DNA of 64,000 nt from an uncultured delta proteobacterium. GTDB taxonomy: Bacteria; Desulfobacterota; Desulfomonilia; UBA1062. The stretch is from NCBI GenBank assembly GCA_963785235.1, contig CAWAUM010000013.1:64001-128000 (forward strand). Direction: 5' to 3'. The position numbers and the translations under genes are program-made. The notes under the pieces were generated by a model. The model saw nothing but the letters and a program-made list of their open reading frames with translations. It made no database searches and had not been told where the DNA came from. Shown piece by piece: positions 20,689-31,436 of the stretch (the stretch's first letter is position 1; each line of letters opens with the position of its first letter).

Positions 20689-21939
20689 CTAGCTTCTCCC
20701 GTGCTGGTCGTCGCCCTTGGCAGCCTCGGGCTTTTTATCCTCCGGATTCGGCTGTGCGGCGGGCGGTGCGGGCTGGTCGTTTGCGGCGGTGCCCTTGATG
20801 ACCACCGCCTGGCCCGGCGTCAGCGTCTGGCCGCCGTCGACCACCACGGATTCGCCGGCATGGAGCCCCTCGTTGATGAACCAGCTGTTCCCCAGCCATT
20901 CGCCGACTTCCACGGGCCGGTTTTCGACCTTGTTGTCCTTGCCCACGACCCAGACGTAATGACCCTTGGCCCCCTGCTGGACGGCCCGCTGGGGAACGAG
21001 GATAGCTCCCGGGCGGACGGCGCCGAGGATGTGCGCCCGCACGTACTGGCCTGGCCTCAGCACGTCGTCCGGGTTGGGGATCGTCGCGCGGATGAGGAAG
21101 GTGCCCGTATCCTGGTTGAACTCGGCGTCGGCAAACGTGATGCGCCCCTTGTGGGGGAAGACCGATCCGTCGGCGAGGACGATCTCAACCTCGTACTCGT
21201 TCGTCTTGGGCGTACGGACCAGACCGCTTTTCACCTGGCTTTTCACGTTGAGCATGTCCTCTTCGGACAGGCTGAAGCTCACCCACATGGGATCGATCTG
21301 GGAGACGTAGGTGAGGAGGCTGTTCTGCATGTTGATGTACGAGCCTTCCTGGACCCGGGAGTAGCTGGAGAGACCCGACACCGGGGTGGTGATGGTGGTG
21401 TAGCCGAGGTTGAACCTTGCTTGGGAGACATCCGCCTTGGCCTTCTGCACAGCCGCGGCCGCCTCCTGCTCCTTGCCGATCGCATCATCGAGGTCCTTCT
21501 GGGAGAGCGCGTTCTGCTTGGCAAGGGGCCTGACACGCGCAAGGTCGGCCTGGGCGGTTTTGAGCCGGGCCGTCTGCTCGGCAAGGGCGCCTTCCATCGC
21601 TTCCACCTGCGCCTGGAAGGGCTTGGGGTCCATCCTGAACATTACCTGGCCCACCTTGACAAAGCTGCCTTCGACATATTCCCGTTTGTCGAGGAACCCG
21701 TCCACCCTGGACCGGATCTCCACCTGGTGAGAGCTCTGGGTCTGTGCGACGAACTCTCTGGTAACCGGAGTATCCCGGGGCTCGATCTTGATCACGGTTA
21801 CCTGGGGTGTCTGCTGGCCCGGTAAAGAGGCCTTTTTCTGGCAGCCGGAAGCAAGAAGGGTGAATACCGATACGAGCACGATAAAACTCCATATGATTCG
21901 ATTAAAAGATTTCCCTGTTTTATTCATATCAATATTCAA
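20689..21939 (-). CDS. RND periplasmic adaptor (MFP) lipoprotein
   Basis: Lipobox ASGC; VEIRSRVDG, LGYTTITTPVSG and LRPGQYV. Confidence 0.93.
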   Translation of the reverse strand: MNIDMNKTGKSFNRIIWSFIVLVSVFTLLASGCQKKASLPGQQTPQVTVIKIEPRDTPVTREFVAQTQSSHQVEIRSRVDGFLDKREYVEGSFVKVGQVMFRMDPKPFQAQVEAMEGALAEQTARLKTAQADLARVRPLAKQNALSQKDLDDAIGKEQEAAAAVQKAKADVSQARFNLGYTTITTPVSGLSSYSRVQEGSYINMQNSLLTYVSQIDPMWVSFSLSEEDMLNVKSQVKSGLVRTPKTNEYEVEIVLADGSVFPHKGRITFADAEFNQDTGTFLIRATIPNPDDVLRPGQYVRAHILGAVRPGAILVPQRAVQQGAKGHYVWVVGKDNKVENRPVEVGEWLGNSWFINEGLHAGESVVVDGGQTLTPGQAVVIKGTAANDQPAPPAAQPNPEDKKPEAAKGDDQHGRS

Positions 21940-22339
21940 TATTTTTCATTATCCTATGTACTGAAAGCCCCCGTTTGTTAACGCCCTATCGACCTTATCA
22001 TTACTATCCCGGATTGTTGCAAGCTCTGACGAATCTGATTCTGGTTTTCCCCCATCCATACAATTGTTGCCAACCTGCCTTACACGTTTAACTATGACTT
22101 TGATAATTGATAATTAAACTATTATAGTTATTAATTGTGGCTGCTGTAAAAAAGCATAATCCAATGAATTATACTGATAGTATTCTAGCATAAATAGTAT
22201 TCTTATAAAATAAGATAAACCTGTTTCATGGCGTGGTCAATCAATGTTAATATCTTCACATGCTCAGGTTTTTTGTAAAAACATCACACCAGATAAAAAA
22301 AGATATACTACTTAATGAATTTCTCCAATCAGCGCTTGA

Positions 22340-22652
22340 GTCTGCCAAGATGGAGTATACATCGGACAAGCCCATCGCGGAGGCCGCTTTGGCCGGAACA
22401 CGGCTACGCCTGAGGCCCATCCTCATGACCAGCTTCGCCTTCATCCTGGGCTGCGTGACGCTGGCCACGGCTATGGGTGCAGGCATCATTGCCTGCAGGG
22501 TCATGGGAGCTGAAGTCATCCGTGACATGCCGGCGGCCACCGGCATCGCCATCTTCCTCATCCCGGTAACATTCACCCTGATCCAGAGACTCGCCCAGCA
22601 GGGAGATGACAGCAAAGCACCTGAGAATAAGGAGGTCAGCCCCCATGCATAA
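22340..22652 (+). pseudogene. Remnant of the C-terminus of a second RND permease
   Basis: RLRLRPILMTSFAFILG...A.GAG covers only the last TMs; the 5' part is replaced by AT-rich DNA. Confidence 0.8.
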
Positions 22653-24091
22653 AACCCTACTCATATCCTTTGTCGCAGTGCTGCTTGCCGGATGCGCCCT
22701 GGGGCCCGACTACATACGCCCGGCCGTTGATACGCCCCAGACATGGAGATATGAGGTGAAAGAGGCGAAAGAGGTGGCTAATACCCGGTGGTGGGAGCAG
22801 TTCGGCGACCCGGTCCTGAACGAGATGATTCTGAATGCGCTCAAAGAGAACAAAGACCTCAGGATCGCTGCCGCACGGGTGGATGAATACGAAGGCCGCC
22901 TCATGGTGAGCCGCGCCGACCTCTTTCCCAAGGCGGATGCATCGTACAAGGCCAGCAAGAATCGTATCTCCGAGCACAGCTCAAGTAGAATCTCATCACT
23001 CATTGCCAACCCCTATAACCAGTACCAGGCCGGCTTCGGCGCCTCCTGGGAGCTCGATATCTGGGGACGCTACCGCAGGGCCGACGAGGCAGCCCGCGCA
23101 GACCTCCTGGCCACCGAGGAAGCCAGGCAGGGGACGATCCTCTAGCCTCTGCTCGTCCGTAGCCGTGGGATATGTCAACCTCAGGGACCTTGACAACCAG
23201 CTCATCATAGCCAGGCGCACGGCAGAAAACACGAAAGGGACCCTGGATCTGTTCCAGAGCCGTGCGAAAGGCGGGGTCATATCCGACCTTGAGCTGAGCC
23301 AGGTGAAATCCCAGTATGCCCTCACGTTGACAAGGATCCCGGCCATAGAGAAGCTCATCAGCCAGCAGGAAGATGCGCTGTCCATCCTACTGGGCAGGAA
23401 TCCCGGTGCCATAGTCCGGGGAAAGACCATCGCCGAGCTTATGCTGCCGATGGTTCCCCAGGGCCTGCCGTCCGATCTCCTGGAGCGAAGGCCCGATATC
23501 CGTCAGGCGGAGCAGGGACTCATTGCAGCCAATGCACGCATCGGGGAGGCCCGGGCATTATACTACCCGAATATCTCTTTGACCGGCGCCTTCGGGTGGT
23601 CCAGCTCCCACCTCTCCGACCTCCTCACCTCTCCTGCCAGGGTATGGAACTGGGGCGGCGCCATCGGCGCGCCGATCTTCGCGGGCGGCGCCATCAGAGG
23701 ACAGAACAAGGCGGCTGAGGCCATGCAGCAGGAGACCCTTTTCGCCTATCAGAAGACCGTCCAGAATGCCTTCCGGGAGGTGAATGACTCCCTGATGAAT
23801 CAGAAGTATACCCGGGAGCAGCTCGACGCCCAGAAGATGCAGGTGGATGCGCTCCGCGATTATGCCCGCATCGCCAGGCTCAGGTTCGACAACGGTTACA
23901 CGAGCTACATCGAGGTGCTCGATGCCGAGAGCAGCCTCTTCGAGGCCGAGCTCTCCTACTCCCAGACACAGGGCACCCTCTTCTCTGATCTGGTCGGAAT
24001 ATACAAGACCATGGGCGGCGGATGGGTGACTGAGGCGGACAGGCTTTCAACACCCCGGGACAACAAGGAAACTCAGAACATGAACCAGTGA
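22645..24091 (+). CDS. Outer membrane efflux lipoprotein (NodT/OprM family), frameshift at ~23143
   Basis: Lipobox LAGC, WWEQFGDP, SWELDIWG, PSDLLERRPDI and YKTMGGGW; GGAGG RBS. Confidence 0.9.
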
Positions 24092-24119
24092 ATGAATTCA
24101 TCCTCCACAGGGACGAACT

Positions 24120-25793
24120 ATGACACAGTATCTCATCACCATCATCCGGGAAAACCCTGAAGTTCTGGTTTTTTTATCGCTGGCCGTGGGCTATCTCATG
24201 GGGAAGATCAAGATCAGGGGCTTCGGCATCGGCACCACCGCCTCGGTGCTGCTGGTCGCCATGGCCCTTGGCCAGTTCGGCATCGACGTCCCGCCCATAT
24301 TAAAGAGCATCAGCTTCGCGCTCTTTGCCTTCTGCATCGGCTACCAGGTGGGCCCGCAGTTCTTCGGGGCACTGCGCAAGGAGGGCATGAACTACCTCTG
24401 GATCACCATCGTGGTCGTATTGACAGGACTTGCCACTGCAGTGATCCTGGGCAAGGCGTTTCATTTCGACAAAGGAACTACGGCCGGTCTCTTTGCAGGC
24501 GCCATGACCCAGTCTGCCGTGATCGGCACGGCCAACGGCGCGGTGGGCCAACTGGCCATCTCCGCTGCAGATAAGCAGGTGCTCAGCAACAACATAGCCG
24601 TCGCCTATGCCATAACCTATCTCTTCGGCGTCATCGGCGTCATCGTGTTCTTCAAGCTCCTTCCTAACATACTCAGGATCAACCTGAAGGCCGAGGCAAA
24701 TAAACTCGAGAAACAGATGGGTGGGGGCTCTGAACTCAGGAGCCCGGAACTGTTCTCCTGGTCGAAACAGGTGGGCTTACGGGCATATGAGGCAACAAAG
24801 GCCGTCGGCCAGAAGGTAGGCGAGGTTGAAGGCACGTTCCCTGCGCGTGTGGCCGTATACCATATCAGGCGTGCCGGGGCACTGCTTGAAGTATCACAGG
24901 ATACGCTTATAGAGCCCTCGGACATCCTGGTGCTGGGGGGCAAGTATGTGGGGCTCATCCATGCCCCGGACATCATCGGAAGAGAGGTGGATGTATCAGA
25001 GGTCATTGACATGATCGGCGAATCCCTGGATGTGTGCGTGCTCAATAGCGCCGTGGTGGGAAAGACGCTGGGCGATATCGCCAGAAACAAGGGCGCCCAC
25101 GGTATCTTCCTGGCAAGGATGACCAGGCAGGGACATGACCTGCCCATTCTGGCAGATACCGTGATCAATAAGTGCGACATCCTGCAACTCGTCGGCACGG
25201 CTGAAGATGTGGAACGTGCTGCCCAGGCACTTGGCTATCCGGAGCGGCCCACATCAGTGACTGACCTCGTCATGGTAGGCCTGGGATGTGTTGTAGGGAC
25301 ATTGATCGGCATGATCGTCATCCCGGTAGGGGGCATCCCCATCACGCTGGGCACGGGTGGAGGGGTGCTTGCGGCAGGTCTTGTGTGCGGCTGGCTGCGC
25401 TCGGTCCACCCGACCTTCGGCCAGATCCCTGACGGCGGCCAGTGGCTGTTGAACGACCTGGGTCTGAGCCTCTTTGTGGCCTGCATAGGACTGAGTTCCG
25501 GCAAGGCGGCACTCCAGGCGCTTCAGAGCAACGGCATCACCATATTCCTGGCAGGCATCGTCATGGCCCTGGTGCCCATCATGGTGGCAGCCCTCTTCGG
25601 GAAATTCATCCTGAAGATGAACCCCATCCTGCTCCTGAGCGGTCTCACAGGCGCCCGGGTCATCCCCCAGGCCATGACCGCCCTGCAGGAGGATGCCGGG
25701 AGCGCGACCCTGGCCCTGGGCTTTGCCGCACCTTTTGCCTTTGCAAATGTGTTTCTCACGGTCATGGGCAGCATCATCATCAACATCATGTGA
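24120..25793 (+). CDS. aspT: AspT/YidE/YbjL family antiporter with two TrkA-C domains
   Basis: IGYQVGPQFF, GLFAGAMTQSAVIG and AVAYAITYLFG; duplicated membrane halves. Confidence 0.85.
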   Translation: MTQYLITIIRENPEVLVFLSLAVGYLMGKIKIRGFGIGTTASVLLVAMALGQFGIDVPPILKSISFALFAFCIGYQVGPQFFGALRKEGMNYLWITIVVVLTGLATAVILGKAFHFDKGTTAGLFAGAMTQSAVIGTANGAVGQLAISAADKQVLSNNIAVAYAITYLFGVIGVIVFFKLLPNILRINLKAEANKLEKQMGGGSELRSPELFSWSKQVGLRAYEATKAVGQKVGEVEGTFPARVAVYHIRRAGALLEVSQDTLIEPSDILVLGGKYVGLIHAPDIIGREVDVSEVIDMIGESLDVCVLNSAVVGKTLGDIARNKGAHGIFLARMTRQGHDLPILADTVINKCDILQLVGTAEDVERAAQALGYPERPTSVTDLVMVGLGCVVGTLIGMIVIPVGGIPITLGTGGGVLAAGLVCGWLRSVHPTFGQIPDGGQWLLNDLGLSLFVACIGLSSGKAALQALQSNGITIFLAGIVMALVPIMVAALFGKFILKMNPILLLSGLTGARVIPQAMTALQEDAGSATLALGFAAPFAFANVFLTVMGSIIINIM

Positions 25794-25842
25794 ACAGGAC
25801 AGACGGCTTGGCACGCAGGCAGTGCCAGGAAACGGATTGTAT

Positions 25843-26553
25843 ATGTGGAAAAAACTGATCAGATATCTACTGAGCGATCCCCGGGATCACATCATGAGTG
25901 TCTTCCTCGGTCTCCTGTGCATCGAGGTCTTCATATTCGGGCCTCTGGCGCGCGCCGAAGGGTCCATGGTTGTCATCTTTAACGGCATCGTATTCTCCTT
26001 GCTGCTCATCATAGGCGTCCTTGCCATGACACCGACCCATATCATAACCCAGGTTGCCTCTACTGCAATCATTGCCTTGGCTATAGCGCTACGCTGGATG
26101 GCAAATCTTTCAGGCTCTTCAACACTCTATCTCTGGGACAAGGTCTCCTCCCTGGCTGCAGCGCTGACGTTTTTGGCCCTTGTGTTATGGCAGGTCTACA
26201 GAGAGAGCCCGGCAACGGTGCACAAGATCCGTGGGGCCATAGCCGCCTATCTGCTCATGGCAGTGATCTTCGCCTTTTTGTACAACATCACCGAGCTGGT
26301 GCTTCCGGGTGCCTTTACCCTTGCCCAGCAGGGCGGAAACCTCCGGTATTCCCAGGTGGAGCCGTTCCTCTATTTCAGTGTCTCCACCCTGACTACGGTC
26401 GGGTTCGGCGACATCACTGCCGTCCATCCTCTAGCCCGTTCCCTCGTGATGATGGAATCCATCATCGGCATCCTTTATCCGCCTGTCCTCATTGGCGTCC
26501 TGGTCTCCCTGCATATTGAGTGGCTGCGGGAAAGAAGTGGGAAACAGGGATGA
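25843..26553 (+). CDS. Potassium-channel family protein (Ion_trans_2)
   Basis: YFSVSTLTTVGFGDI selectivity filter; start probably ATG 25843. Confidence 0.85.
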   Translation: MWKKLIRYLLSDPRDHIMSVFLGLLCIEVFIFGPLARAEGSMVVIFNGIVFSLLLIIGVLAMTPTHIITQVASTAIIALAIALRWMANLSGSSTLYLWDKVSSLAAALTFLALVLWQVYRESPATVHKIRGAIAAYLLMAVIFAFLYNITELVLPGAFTLAQQGGNLRYSQVEPFLYFSVSTLTTVGFGDITAVHPLARSLVMMESIIGILYPPVLIGVLVSLHIEWLRERSGKQG

Positions 26554-27894
26554 ACTTCCAGGAAAACATGGGCTCTGAAGGATCCCTTCACCGCATCCTC
26601 ATCGTCCGCCTTCTCACGGTAGGAGCATGTCATCTCCATAGCCGTGATGGCCCTTGTCCTGTGGGTGGAGCTCAGGAACATCAATGAGCGCGTGAAGAGC
26701 CAGGCATCGGTTGCCTCCGAACGTCTACGGTGGACCCTCATGGCTGACCTCGATGCGCCGGGCCTCGGTGACCATGCCCGGATCCAGCGCTCCCTTGAAA
26801 AACCCCTGTCCATACCGGCACGGCCCGCAGAAGGATCGTTTGTCTATGCGCGCATCACGGATCCAGGCTTCACTGTTATTGCACAGGTGAGCGACCCTGC
26901 CTATGCACATATGGGGGTCATCACCTCCCGGGTCCTTTCGGGCCTGGACCGGGCCGCACTCAGGGAACAAGGCGTCTGGGAAAAGGTCTCCCGGGTGGAG
27001 GGTGCCCCTGTCATCCACATGGGTTATGCTTTGAAGAACAGTTCCGGCAAGCGGGTAGGCTATATCGAAGGGGTCTATGCCATCTCACGGAAGTACCTAG
27101 CCCAGGCGCGCCTGCAGGCGGCCGTGACTGCGATCATTGCCGCGGGCATCGTGCTGCTCACCACCCTGATCCTCTACCCTGCCATCAATCGGCTCCTGGG
27201 AAGGGTTTCAGGCCTGACAACAGGCCTGCTCCATGCCAACCTGGAGATCCTGAACGTGCTGGGAAGCGCCATTGCCAAGAGGGACAACGACACGGATATC
27301 CACAACTACCGGGTCACCATCTATGCCATCCGTCTCGGGCAGGAGCTGGGCCTGTCAGGCGCAGAGATGCGCTCGCTCATCAAGGGGGCGTTCCTCCACG
27401 ATGTGGGAAAGATCGGCATCAGGGACAGCATCTTGCTGAAGCCCGGGCGTCTGACGCATGAGGAGTTCGAAGAGATGAAGCAGCATGTGCGGCACGGACT
27501 GGATATCGTGGGCCGCTCCGCCTGGCTGAAGGATGCCTCACCGGTAGTGGGAAACCACCATGAGCGCTATGACGGCACCGGCTATCTCGAGAGTCTGAGC
27601 GGCAGCGACATACCAAAGGTAGCGCGTATCTTTGCCATAGCCGATGTCTTTGATGCGTTGACCTCCAAACGCCCCTACAAGGCAGCCATGGGCTATGAGG
27701 AATCCATGAAGATACTCCAGGAAGGCAGGGGCAGTCATTTCGACCCGGAGATCATGGACAGCTTCGCGAAGATCGCGCCGGAGCTCTATGATACCTATGC
27801 CAACCGGGACGACAAAACGCCCAGGGACGACCTGAGACGCATAGGTGCGCCATATTTCGGGCCCGATCTTGCCCAAGTCGTCTCCCGTGATTGA
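26550..27894 (+). CDS. Membrane-anchored HD-GYP c-di-GMP phosphodiesterase (probable frameshift near 26630)
   Basis: LHDVGKIG, HHERYDGTGYL and ADVFDALTSKRPYK. An ATG at 26550 overlaps the upstream stop but is out of frame with ORF 26644. Confidence 0.85.
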
Positions 27895-28087
27895 GGGACT
27901 TGTCTTTTACTGTGATGGACCAGGGATGAGATGGTACAGAAGAGAGGGTATACGGATAACGTACGTCGTCGACCTGAGGGTCTTGTTCCGGAATAGAGGC
28001 TATCATCCCATGCGCTGTTTTCTGAAATGATCCGGGCCACATGTTAGATCTGAAAAGATACTTAGGATACCAGAAGAGGAGGATCAC

Positions 28088-29378
28088 ATGGATCTCTTAA
28101 AAGAAATCTTCACGAATGAGGTGTTCCCGGCCATAGGGTGTACCGAGCCCATTTCCTGCGCATACACAACGGCGGCTGCTGTAGAGCAGTTGCAGGCCCC
28201 CCCGGAGAGTATCGACCTCATCGTGGACCCCGGCACCTTCAAGAACGGCGCTGCTGTAACGGTGCCGAACAGCGGCGGGGAAAAGGGCAATGTTATTGCC
28301 GCTGCCCTCGGTGCAGTTATAGCCAGGTCCGACATGAGGCTGGAGATCCTGAAGGAGGTCACCCCTGAAGTGCTGAAGAAGGCGAAAAACCTCCTTGAGA
28401 AAGGGGCCGTCAAGTATATCTGCAAGGAAGATGAGAAGAACTTTCATGTGGAGGTGTCGGCTAGGAGCAATGGTTCACATGTCCGCTGCGTGGTGTCTGA
28501 GGGACATACCAATATCACCTCCCTGGAAAAGGACGGGAAGTCCATTATTGCCACGCACCCCCATGGACGTGCAAATGCACAGGGATACCGGGATGCCATG
28601 CGCACAATGAAACTGGAAGAGGTGCTCCGGGAGGCGATAAAACTCGATGATGACATGCGGGCATACATCCAGCGCGGCATCGACATGAACATGACCATTG
28701 CGGAAAAGGGCATAGACATGAGGCGTACGGGCTACCAGATCAGGCAGATGATGGTAGACGGCCTCAAGGCGGACGACCTCTTCTACCAGGTGAAGTCCGC
28801 GTCGCGTGCGCCGTGGATGCCCGCATGGGCGGTATGCCGGAGCCGGTCATGACCTCGGGAGGATCGGGCAACCAGGGTACGCTCACTATCATAGCGCCGT
28901 ATGTAGTGGGCCGCCACCAGGGGATTGAGATCGGCCGTATACAGGAGAGCATCGCCATCAGCCATGCCGTCAACTCGTATGTCAAGTGCTTCACCGGCGA
29001 GCTCTCGGTCATCTGCGGCTGCGCCATAGCCGCCAGCATTGCATCAGCAGTCGCATGGTCTACCAGAAGGCGGGTATCGACATGGCAAAGATCAACCTTG
29101 CCATGGACAATGTCATCGGCGACCTGTGCGGCATCATCTGCGACGGCGCCAAGCCCGGGTGCTCCATGAAGATCATGAGCGGCGCGGAGACGGCCATGCG
29201 TTCGGCGTTCATGGCCCTTTCCGGATACGGTCTCTCATCGGATGACGGGGTGCTCGGCAGATCGCCGGAGGAGTCCATCCTCAATATCGGCAAGGTATCG
29301 CTCCAGGGCATGTTCGCCGTGGACCCCACCGTGGTCCATATCATTCAGGACAAGTCAAGCCGGAGCGGCCTGGCCTGA
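28088..29378 (+). CDS. YhaM/CdsB-like (UPF0597) Fe-S L-cysteine desulfidase / serine dehydratase-like protein, frameshifts at ~28795 and ~29055
   Basis: PAIGCTEP, DARMGG..PVMTSGGSGNQG, LSVICGC and GIICDGAKPGC, spread over three ORFs. Confidence 0.85.
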
Positions 29379-29559
29379 TCCTGGCGGTTCCCGTAACCAT
29401 CATGGGGCAATGGTCACAGCTGTTTCGTTACCGGCCCTATCATATATGGAGATAACCGGATTGCGCACAGCCTCCATTAAGCGAGGCTGCCCCGCCGTTA
29501 TCCAACGCAGGAAGTCAAGGCAGACAGGGAAACCGGTTGGATAGGTGCTGAAGCGTCTC

Positions 29560-30930
29560 CTATAGCTTCCCGTTTCCCAGGTCACGGATGATGTCATCCA
29601 GTCGTCCCCTGGTATCGGCCTCTATCTCTTCAAGGGCGTTCTTTTCGCGCGCCTCAAACCGCAGCACGATTACAGGCTGCGTGTTTGACGGTCTCACCAG
29701 CCCCCATGTGTCTCCCCTGGTAAATCGTACGCCGTCGATATCCACACATTCGTCGTATTGACTCTTTGCATAGACCTTGAACCTCTCTACCGCTTCAAAC
29801 TTGATCTTATCAGGACATTCAATGCGGATTTCCGGGGTGTTCTCAACCTTGGGAAGGTTATCGAAAATCGCCTGGGGGTCTGCCTGGTTGGACAGGATCT
29901 CCAAAAGCCTGGCAGATGCATAAATGGCGTCATCGAATCCGTACCACCGGTCGAGAAAGAATATGTGGCCGCTCATCTCGCCTGCCAGGGCTGCCTGCTC
30001 AAGATAAAGACGGGCCTTCATGAGCGAGTGGCCTACCTTGCCCATTATGGGGATACCGCCCGCCCTGGCCACCTCATCGAAAAATGCCTTGGAGCACTTC
30101 ACCTCACCGATGATCTTCTCTCCACTCTTTTCCCGTAATATGTCGCAGGCAAGTATGGCGGTGATCATGTCGCCGTAAACAGTATTCCCTTTTGCATCTA
30201 TGACACCGATACGGTCAGCATCCCCATCATACCCGATCCCAATGTCCGCCCCCCTGCTCAAAACCTCCGACTTCAGCATGGCAAGACCTTCTAAGGTGGT
30301 CGGGTCCGGGTGGTGGTTGGGAAAATTACCATCGGGATCCAGACAGATGCCGCTCACCTCCATGCCGAGCGCATTGCATATCGCCATGCCGGGTGCGCCG
30401 CCAACACCGTTTCCCGGGTCAATAACCACCTTTAACCGCCTTTTGCCGGGTTTAATGCGGGATACGATGTCGTCGATATACTCGGGCATGATATCGTAAC
30501 ACGTGCACTGTGCCTGTCCATTGATGACGCGGCCCTCTTCCATGAGGCCCCTGATCTTCTGGATCTCCTCTCCGTAGATGGTCATCTTGCCAAGGGCTAT
30601 CTTGAACCCGTTGTTGTCAGCCGGGTTATGCGAGCCGGTCACCTCTATGCCCCCATCAACATTCAGCCTGAAGAGAGAAAAGTACATCACCGGCGTGGGG
30701 ACCATGCCGAGATCGACCACCTCAATACCGCTTTCGGTGAGGCCCTTCTTCAGAATCTCTTTAAAGAGAGGGGAACTCAACCGCGCATCCATCCCCAGGC
30801 TGATACGCTTGACCCGGTGATCATGGAAATAAACGCCTAGCGCACGGGAAAGCCCTTCAACAAACTCTTCATCCAGATCCGTGCCAACAACCCCACGGAT
30901 ATCATATTCCCTGAAGACTTCAGGATTCAT
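29560..30930 (-). CDS. Phosphomannomutase/phosphoglucomutase (AlgC-like)
   Basis: FREYDIRG, TGSHNP, DGDADR and GEMSGH. Confidence 0.93.
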   Translation of the reverse strand: MNPEVFREYDIRGVVGTDLDEEFVEGLSRALGVYFHDHRVKRISLGMDARLSSPLFKEILKKGLTESGIEVVDLGMVPTPVMYFSLFRLNVDGGIEVTGSHNPADNNGFKIALGKMTIYGEEIQKIRGLMEEGRVINGQAQCTCYDIMPEYIDDIVSRIKPGKRRLKVVIDPGNGVGGAPGMAICNALGMEVSGICLDPDGNFPNHHPDPTTLEGLAMLKSEVLSRGADIGIGYDGDADRIGVIDAKGNTVYGDMITAILACDILREKSGEKIIGEVKCSKAFFDEVARAGGIPIMGKVGHSLMKARLYLEQAALAGEMSGHIFFLDRWYGFDDAIYASARLLEILSNQADPQAIFDNLPKVENTPEIRIECPDKIKFEAVERFKVYAKSQYDECVDIDGVRFTRGDTWGLVRPSNTQPVIVLRFEAREKNALEEIEADTRGRLDDIIRDLGNGKL

Positions 30931-31294
30931 TATCCCTCCTCATGCTGTCCTTATGTGCTGACCTTTTTGACACTTATCCCTGAAAACTGTCGAAAACATA
31001 CTAGTTCACCCATGAAAGGCTCGTCAAGAAACAACACACTTTTTTGGATTACTCTTGTTGAGGTTATTTTGTAAAAAATCGGTTTCCCCCATTGTCTTTC
31101 ATCATTTTCATTCTTCTCAACAGGCTTTATTCTGGAGAATCATGAAGGGATCATCTTGAAAATATCGCTATCTATGATATCTCCAGCCTGATTTTGTATT
31201 AATTCTGCAACGAAATAAAAAACCCTGTGTAGTACATTTTCAACATGAACGGGAGAACCAATAGATATTCCTTTGATTATACATATTTTTATCA

Positions 31295-31311
31295 TTGGCA
31301 TGCAAGTTGTA
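31295..31311 (+). promoter_or_regulatory. Putative sigma54 promoter (variant -12)
   Basis: TTGGCATGCAAGTTGTA, GG-N10-GT, upstream of the porin-like gene. Confidence 0.5.
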
Positions 31312-31436
31312 TAAGAAATAATGGAAAGATATGAATTATCGGCGTTTTGAGGGAGAACGGCCTTGCCAGGACAATAGATTAAAGTCGAGCAGGGCAAAAA
31401 TCGAAAAGAGGGAAAACCACTAAGGAGGAAGATAGG

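Noticed and set aside
18688-21825. 1045-aa + strand ORF
   Set aside because: It is an antisense shadow of the GC-rich RND/MFP genes, with no recognisable motifs.
23263-23275. 13-bp match (TGCGAAAGGCGGG) to the tRNA-Leu 3' end, a possible att site
   Set aside because: It is short and inside the OMF coding sequence, core genes such as rpoD and dnaG lie between the two sites, and there is no intact integrase.
31390-31420. GGGCAAA..CGAAA resemblance to a c-di-GMP-I riboswitch (also near 59525)
   Set aside because: P2 pairing, the GACGCAAAGC segment and P3 are absent.
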